From contig DBTR01000033.1 in NCBI GenBank assembly GCA_002307145.1, positions 25,299 through 89,298 on the forward strand: DNA of 64,000 nt. The letters are read 5' to 3'. Origin of the DNA: Rhodospirillum sp. UBA1311 (GTDB lineage: Bacteria; Pseudomonadota; Alphaproteobacteria; Rhodospirillales; Rhodospirillaceae). Shown piece after piece: positions 59,743 to 64,000 of the stretch. The notes under the pieces are model-generated. The model was not told the origin of the DNA and did not search any database. It saw only the letters and a list, made by a program, of their open reading frames with translations. The position numbers and the translations under genes were made by a program. Position 1 is the first letter of the stretch. Each line of letters starts with the position of its first letter.

Positions 59743-59950
59743 CCTTCTGCGCAAAATCATGGGCGGCACGAACCAATTCCGCGTCGTTCGTGCCGTTCAC
59801 GAAGTCACAGAATTGCCCAGCGATGCTCACGACTTCTTCGGGCCGAATCCGGCCGATCAGCGGGGCAAGCTGAAGCGCACGATCCAAGCACGCGAGACGG
59901 GTTTGCTCCTCGGTCATGGTGTTCTCCTGATTGTAGGGAAAGGCCGTCAT
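59732..59950 (-). CDS. Small phage protein after cro
   Basis: ATGA overlap with cro; alternative start 59917 has AGGAGA RBS. Confidence 0.6.
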   Translation of the reverse strand: MTAFPYNQENTMTEEQTRLACLDRALQLAPLIGRIRPEEVVSIAGQFCDFVNGTNDAELVRAAHDFAQKVRG

Positions 59951-60171
59951 TCCGCGGCCTCGGTGGTCCGGACCGTGCAGGCACGCATCAGCGCATCCGC
60001 CGTGACCGACGCCCCCACCCTCTCGCCCAGGGCGATCAGATCAGGCCAATAGGTCGTGGGAATGTTGCCGCGCCGCTTCCACTGCCGGGGCGTCACCTGA
60101 GGGAGCTTGAGTTCCCGTCCGACTGCCGATGCGCCGCCGAGGGAATCGAGAATGTGCGATACGGTGTCCAT
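59947..60171 (-). CDS. cro: Cro-like repressor
   Basis: LGGASAVGREL...RQWKRRGNIP..YW; divergent from cI. Confidence 0.82.
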   Translation of the reverse strand: MDTVSHILDSLGGASAVGRELKLPQVTPRQWKRRGNIPTTYWPDLIALGERVGASVTADALMRACTVRTTEAAE

Positions 60172-60178
60172 GGGCAGA

Positions 60179-60221
60179 ACGATACATCAGGTATCGTCCA
60201 TCGGCAATACGAAATGTATCG
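60179..60221 (-). promoter_or_regulatory. oR operators and pR promoter
   Basis: CGATAC-ATCAG-GTATCG (60180-60196) and CAATAC-GAAAT-GTATCG (60205-60221); minus-strand TTGCCG-N17-TATCGT ending 7 nt before the cro ATG. Confidence 0.82.
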
Positions 60222-60276
60222 TGCGAACATGCGACGTCCCGTTCAGAATTTCGCGCTACAGGAAACGGGGGAAGTC

Positions 60277-61005
60277 GTGGATACGCTACTGAAGCAGGCG
60301 AGGGAGAAGGCGGGCTACAAGAGCGCTGCCGAGTTCGCGCGCTCCCATGGATTCCCGGAGGTCACCTATCGCAGTCATGAGAATGGCACGCGCCCCCTCA
60401 CCGTGGGAGCCGCCAAGCAATACGCGCCGAAGCTCGGAATCGACTGGCGCGATCTGATCGATGGTGACGACGCAATCTTGAGTGAGGTCGCCCCTGCCCC
60501 GACCTCCGACCCTGCCCCGACCGTCAAATCTTCTGACCTAAGCACAAGCCGCATCCCCGAGGTCGACGTGCGCGGCGGCATGGGCGGCGGCGGCGTCACA
60601 GCCGTGGAGTTCAACCACACCGACGAATGGGGCAACCAGGTCGCACGCGACGACGTCCGCGGCGAGTGGGACATGCCCGCCGACTACGTGCGCCACGAGC
60701 TGCGCGTCGTTCCGTCTCGGGTGCAGATCATCGAGGTGCGCGGCGACAGCATGGAGCCGGTCCTGCAATCGCGCGACCGGGTGATGATCGACCTCGACGA
60801 CACCGACCCCGGCCAGGGCGGAATCTTCGCGATCTGGGACGGCATGAGCGTGCTGGTGAAGCGGATCGAACGCATCCACAAGAGCGACCCGCCCGCGGTG
60901 CGCGTGATCTCGGACAACCCGAACCACTCGCCGTTCGAACTGGTGCTCGACGACGGCGGCGGTCGGATCATCGGCCGGGCCGTGTGGTTTGGGCGGAGGA
61001 TGTAG
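60277..61005 (+). CDS. cI: CI-like repressor (XRE HTH plus S24 autopeptidase)
   Basis: LKQAREKAG...YRSHENG, GMG cleavage region, VRGDSMEP (Ser), VKR (Lys); start GTG 60277 or ATG 60229. Confidence 0.9.
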   Translation: MDTLLKQAREKAGYKSAAEFARSHGFPEVTYRSHENGTRPLTVGAAKQYAPKLGIDWRDLIDGDDAILSEVAPAPTSDPAPTVKSSDLSTSRIPEVDVRGGMGGGGVTAVEFNHTDEWGNQVARDDVRGEWDMPADYVRHELRVVPSRVQIIEVRGDSMEPVLQSRDRVMIDLDDTDPGQGGIFAIWDGMSVLVKRIERIHKSDPPAVRVISDNPNHSPFELVLDDGGGRIIGRAVWFGRRM

Positions 61006-61009
61006 AGCC

Positions 61010-61040
61010 TGTTGACTCATAAGTTAACACTCGCCATATT
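61010..61040 (+). promoter_or_regulatory. Putative promoter with overlapping palindromic operator
   Basis: TTGACT-N17-CATATT (61012-61040); imperfect palindrome TGTTGACT-CATA-AGTTAACA (61010-61029). Confidence 0.55.
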
Positions 61041-61548
61041 CGAGAACGCGGGGGCGCTGATACGCCTCCAAATGAAACGGTCCGGACCTCCCGTACGGAC
61101 GTTCTTGGTGATGAACGATTGGCTCCGCGAACATTCCTCACTGGACGTTGACGCTCCACCGCAAAAGGGGCTCGCCCGCCAGCCCAGCCAGCGCGCTCGC
61201 GTTGATGCGTTCATTGAAGATTTTCTCTCAGGCGAGCCGATTGCCCAACTCATACGGCCGAACGGCGAAGGAATGGAACCGCCGTTCACCCGGATGAAGT
61301 TTGGACATGAACGAGTGGTCGAAATGCGCACACCGCAGACCAGAACCTTCGGCTTCTTCCACAAGCCGAATTATTTTGTCGCCGCCACCATTTGCCTGAC
61401 GAACGACCTTAAAAGAAAAAAAAATGAGCCCGACAAAGCACTTCAGTGCGCCCGGTACTCGGCCCGCGCTCAACGCGTGGAACGCCTTATCGACCGCTTG
61501 TACAGCACAGAGGTAAGCTCAGATGACATCGCCAATCTCGTTATCTAA
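61012..61548 (+). CDS. Putative RelE/HigB-like toxin
   Basis: VVEMRTPQTRTFGFF resembles the RelE-fold core strands; directly upstream of and overlapping an HTH gene; start TTG 61012 or ATG 61072. Confidence 0.55.
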   Translation: MTHKLTLAIFENAGALIRLQMKRSGPPVRTFLVMNDWLREHSSLDVDAPPQKGLARQPSQRARVDAFIEDFLSGEPIAQLIRPNGEGMEPPFTRMKFGHERVVEMRTPQTRTFGFFHKPNYFVAATICLTNDLKRKKNEPDKALQCARYSARAQRVERLIDRLYSTEVSSDDIANLVI

Positions 61549-62020
61549 GACCGAAGCAACCCTGACGGATCAGTTGCGGGCCGAGCTATATGCTATCACC
61601 GGCGCCCCTCAGATTGCGGCGCCTTCCGTTGTCCCCGACGCGGATTTCAAGATCGCACATACTACCAGATCCATCCGGCGTCAGCTCAAGGCAGCAGCAG
61701 AAAGCAAGGGCATTGGCATACGCGAACTCGCGAAGCGCCTCGGCGTTTCTCCGCCTGCGGTAAGCCGTCATCTCAGCTCGGATGGTGATTTGCGGATCTC
61801 AACGGCTGTGCTTCTCGCCGACGCCATGGAGCTGGAATGGAAATTTTCGCTCACCAAAGCCGCAGCCATCATCGACGCCACAGCAATTGGGGCCAACTCG
61901 ATCACAACATCAAGGGTTTCCCTTGGTCAAGCGTCAGGCTCCGCAATAAGCATATCGAGGAATCTCTTCGCTAGATTCACTATCACCGCAGAAGAAGAGA
62001 TCGACAAATGCCGCGCCTGA
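61523..62020 (+). CDS. XRE-HTH protein, putative HigA-like antitoxin with C-terminal extension
   Basis: IGIRELAKRLGVSPPAVSRHLS..DLRISTAVLLADAM followed by a roughly 55-aa S/T/I/A-rich tail. Confidence 0.72.
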   Translation: MTSPISLSKTEATLTDQLRAELYAITGAPQIAAPSVVPDADFKIAHTTRSIRRQLKAAAESKGIGIRELAKRLGVSPPAVSRHLSSDGDLRISTAVLLADAMELEWKFSLTKAAAIIDATAIGANSITTSRVSLGQASGSAISISRNLFARFTITAEEEIDKCRA

Positions 62021-62427
62021 TTTCTGTTACGTACTGCGACGACATTCGAAACGAGATCGAAGGAAAACTTTCCTTCATCGGCGTATATGGTGCCGTCGCC
62101 CATCTAAGCGCATATCCGGCCCTCCTTCCAAAGTTTGCAATTAATATCGCGATTACCGTAACTGTTGACGAGGTCCCCGAAACCACAACCTCCACCGTGA
62201 GCATTGACGACCGTGAAATCGGCAAAATCACGTTAACGCGGGCCGAAATCGAGCAAAACGCAGCCAACAATCCGATGATCCCTCCCCCAGGCGTCAAGTC
62301 TATGCCGATCGTGATGAATCAGAACATTATCATCTCGCCACTTCAGCTCGAACACAGCTGTAAGCTGTCGATCCACGTGACCATCGACGGCGAGGCTTTC
62401 GCAGCACCCTCGCTTTGGTTTACCTAG
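62008..62427 (+). CDS. DUF6941-like beta-rich protein
   Basis: YCDDIRNEIEGKLSFIGVY...P.LLPKF N-terminal motif; overlaps the HTH gene. Confidence 0.65.
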   Translation: MPRLISVTYCDDIRNEIEGKLSFIGVYGAVAHLSAYPALLPKFAINIAITVTVDEVPETTTSTVSIDDREIGKITLTRAEIEQNAANNPMIPPPGVKSMPIVMNQNIIISPLQLEHSCKLSIHVTIDGEAFAAPSLWFT

Positions 62428-62721
62428 AATCGACCTGCTGCAAACTGACGGCGTCCCAGCTTGGGGACTTTTGGGGAGGATTAAGGGGGACGAAGCCCCT
62501 CTAATGACCCATCGAACCTTGTCTTCCAAGGCGCACTTCCAGGCCTTTGGGCGCAACCAAACCAGGCTTTTCGCCACCAGGGAACCGGACGAGATTCGAG
62601 ACCTCCGGCGCGATCTTCTACCCAAGGTCTTTCGCATGGTCGAGGTCGCCCCCGTGCTCGGCTCATCGGTTGAGTGGTTGGTTTGCTGAAAAAACGTCGC
62701 ACGGCATCACGTGATACCGCA

Positions 62722-63234
62722 CTACTTCCCAACATACTTCTCGCTATGCGCCGCGTGCATCCGCCAGTTCTCGATGTAGCGCTGTGCGAGATCCCGATTC
62801 GACAGGACCAGCAGATTCTCCGCGTTCTTCTCCTGCGCCGACTTCGTGAAGTTGAAACTGCCGGTAATCACCCGCTCCCCGTCGATCACCATCACCTTGT
62901 TATGGGCAATCGCGTGCTTCGCGTCGATCAACACCGGCACGCCGCCATGCGCGAGAAAGTCGGCCCCGCTATACTTCTCGGTCCGCTGGCTCCGATCGAG
63001 AATCGCGCGCACGTCAACGCCGCGGCGCTTGGCTTTGACCAAGGCATCGGCGATCGGGGCCGAAGTGAAGCTGTAGGCCTGAACCAGCACCTGGCGCTTC
63101 GCCGCGCGAATCTGGTCAACAATCACCTGCGTGCAGTCGCCGCCTGGCGTGAAGCAGACGGCCTCGACGGTCGCGGTCTCGGCAAGGACTGCAACCGGCC
63201 AGAGCGCGAGCGCCGCGAGAATCAGCAGCCGCAT
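62722..63234 (-). CDS. Secreted phospholipase-D-family endonuclease (Nuc-like)
   Basis: Signal peptide; FTPGG, QAYSFT, single HKD motif HNKVMVIDG...GSFNFT, NAEN. Confidence 0.88.
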   Translation of the reverse strand: MRLLILAALALWPVAVLAETATVEAVCFTPGGDCTQVIVDQIRAAKRQVLVQAYSFTSAPIADALVKAKRRGVDVRAILDRSQRTEKYSGADFLAHGGVPVLIDAKHAIAHNKVMVIDGERVITGSFNFTKSAQEKNAENLLVLSNRDLAQRYIENWRMHAAHSEKYVGK

Positions 63235-63497
63235 GACGGGCTCAGGCTTCCGTCGCAACACTTGAGCCGCGTTCCACCGCATCCACAAACGCCGCCATGC
63301 CATGAGCAGCACCCCCGCTGCGCGAACTGCTGCTTTGCCTCCTCGATCTGGCTTTGGGTCGCGTTAGGAGGCAGGGAAATCTCGCATTGCGAAGGAGGCA
63401 AGACCGGCACGGTCGGAGCGCCTGCAGGCGCTTCAACCGCAGACGCTGAAGTGATGAAACACGCAACCATCACTCCGGCGAGACCAATTCTCCGCAT
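63222..63497 (-). CDS. Small secreted Cys-rich protein
   Basis: Signal peptide; RGCCSWHGGVCGC...CCDGSLSPSCGC. Confidence 0.75.
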   Translation of the reverse strand: MRRIGLAGVMVACFITSASAVEAPAGAPTVPVLPPSQCEISLPPNATQSQIEEAKQQFAQRGCCSWHGGVCGCGGTRLKCCDGSLSPSCGC

Positions 63498-63499
63498 GA

Positions 63500-63829
63500 T
63501 CAGTTCCCTAACCCGTAGGGGTTGCGGGAGGTGTTCCCGTACGAGTTCCCGTAGCTGCTCCCAGAGTTACCGCCGTAGGAGTTCCCGTAGCTCGGGGCTC
63601 GATCATTGAAGGTAGGGCTTCGAGTTCCCGACTGGCCGGTATAGGGATTGGTGTTCCCCCTCGTGGACCAGTTGTTATTGTAGGAACTATCGGGCGACGA
63701 GCGGTAATGCGGAGCCACGTAGGTGCCGTTGCTTCTCGTATACCCGTTCACGTATTCGTCGGCATGAGCCTCGGACATGACGAAGCACGCCGACGCGACC
63801 AACCACGCTACCGTCAGCAATTTTTTCAT
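63500..63829 (-). CDS. Small secreted protein with VxGYxRxNGTYVxPHYR motif
   Basis: Signal peptide ending AHA; YVNGYTRSNGTYVAPHYRSSPD...GNTNPYTG; GNSYG repeats. Confidence 0.78.
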   Translation of the reverse strand: MKKLLTVAWLVASACFVMSEAHADEYVNGYTRSNGTYVAPHYRSSPDSSYNNNWSTRGNTNPYTGQSGTRSPTFNDRAPSYGNSYGGNSGSSYGNSYGNTSRNPYGLGN

Positions 63830-63895
63830 GATTTCCCCCGTGAGCAACCCTTCTAGTTGCGGATAAAGGGTACGCTCCCCGGTCGATTCGTCGCA

Positions 63896-63949
63896 CGATA
63901 CTTTTTGTATCGTTTTCTTGTTGACCCGTTTCGATACGTCTTGTATCGT
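63896..63949 (+). promoter_or_regulatory. oL operators and pL promoter
   Basis: CGATAC-TTTTT-GTATCG (63896-63912), CGATAC-GTCTT-GTATCG (63932-63948); TTGACC-N17-TATCGT (63921-63949). Confidence 0.85.
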
Positions 63950-63978
63950 TTTCCCATCAACCCCGATGGGAGGCAGCC

Positions 63979-64000
63979 ATGCTCCGCCACTTCACCCGCA
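63979..64000 (+). CDS. First gene of the pL operon (truncated by window edge)
   Basis: GGAGG RBS then ATGCTCCGC downstream of pL. Confidence 0.5.

Larger units (their letters stand above)
27356..64000. mobile_element. Temperate prophage (BPP-1/epsilon15-like podovirus structure, lambdoid control), continues beyond the window
   Basis: att fragment followed by lysis, tail, ejection, capsid, portal, terminase, replication and cro/cI modules in colinear order. Confidence 0.93.

Noticed and set aside
62471-62689. Possible fourth gene after the DUF6941-like gene
   Set aside because: Short with no recognisable motif; could be intergenic or a remnant
63535-63592. Short GTTCCCGTA-type direct repeats
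   Set aside because: Coding repeats (YGNSYG) of the secreted protein; no spacers, so not CRISPR
1-64000. CRISPR array, rRNA, IS/transposase, integrase, PEP-CTERM substrate
   Set aside because: None recognised by eye in this window

Overview
High-GC window, probably alphaproteobacterial (inferred from gene content), in two halves. Positions 1-27340 are host chromosome: a PotABCD/Fe3+-type ABC importer; a roughly 21 kb exopolysaccharide locus combining xanthan/acetan-like gum genes (GumD, M, H, K, J, E, F/G, B and C/Wzc-like, ManC, GH5 endoglucanase) with exosortase-system genes (exosortase-EpsI fusion, TPR lipoprotein, ExeA-like ATPase, beta-barrel); then a DUF3309-like peptide, chaC and rcnR-rcnA. 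From 27356 to the window end lies a prophage integrated in tRNA-Ser(GCT); only the displaced 3' half of the tRNA is visible and no integrase falls in the window. The prophage pairs BPP-1/epsilon15-like podovirus morphogenesis genes with lambdoid cI/cro control, including four CGATAC-N5-GTATCG-type operators. Most interesting candidates: (i) a three-gene RelE-like toxin / HTH antitoxin with C-terminal tail / DUF6941-like module directly after cI; (ii) a 146-aa minimal protein kinase heading the late operon; (iii) a cassette of three secreted proteins including a PLD nuclease; (iv) antisense genes in the early operon spanned by translationally coupled 'bridge' ORFs; (v) a MuF-C-like domain in the 2249-aa ejection protein. 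All family calls come from motif recognition by eye; no searches were run.
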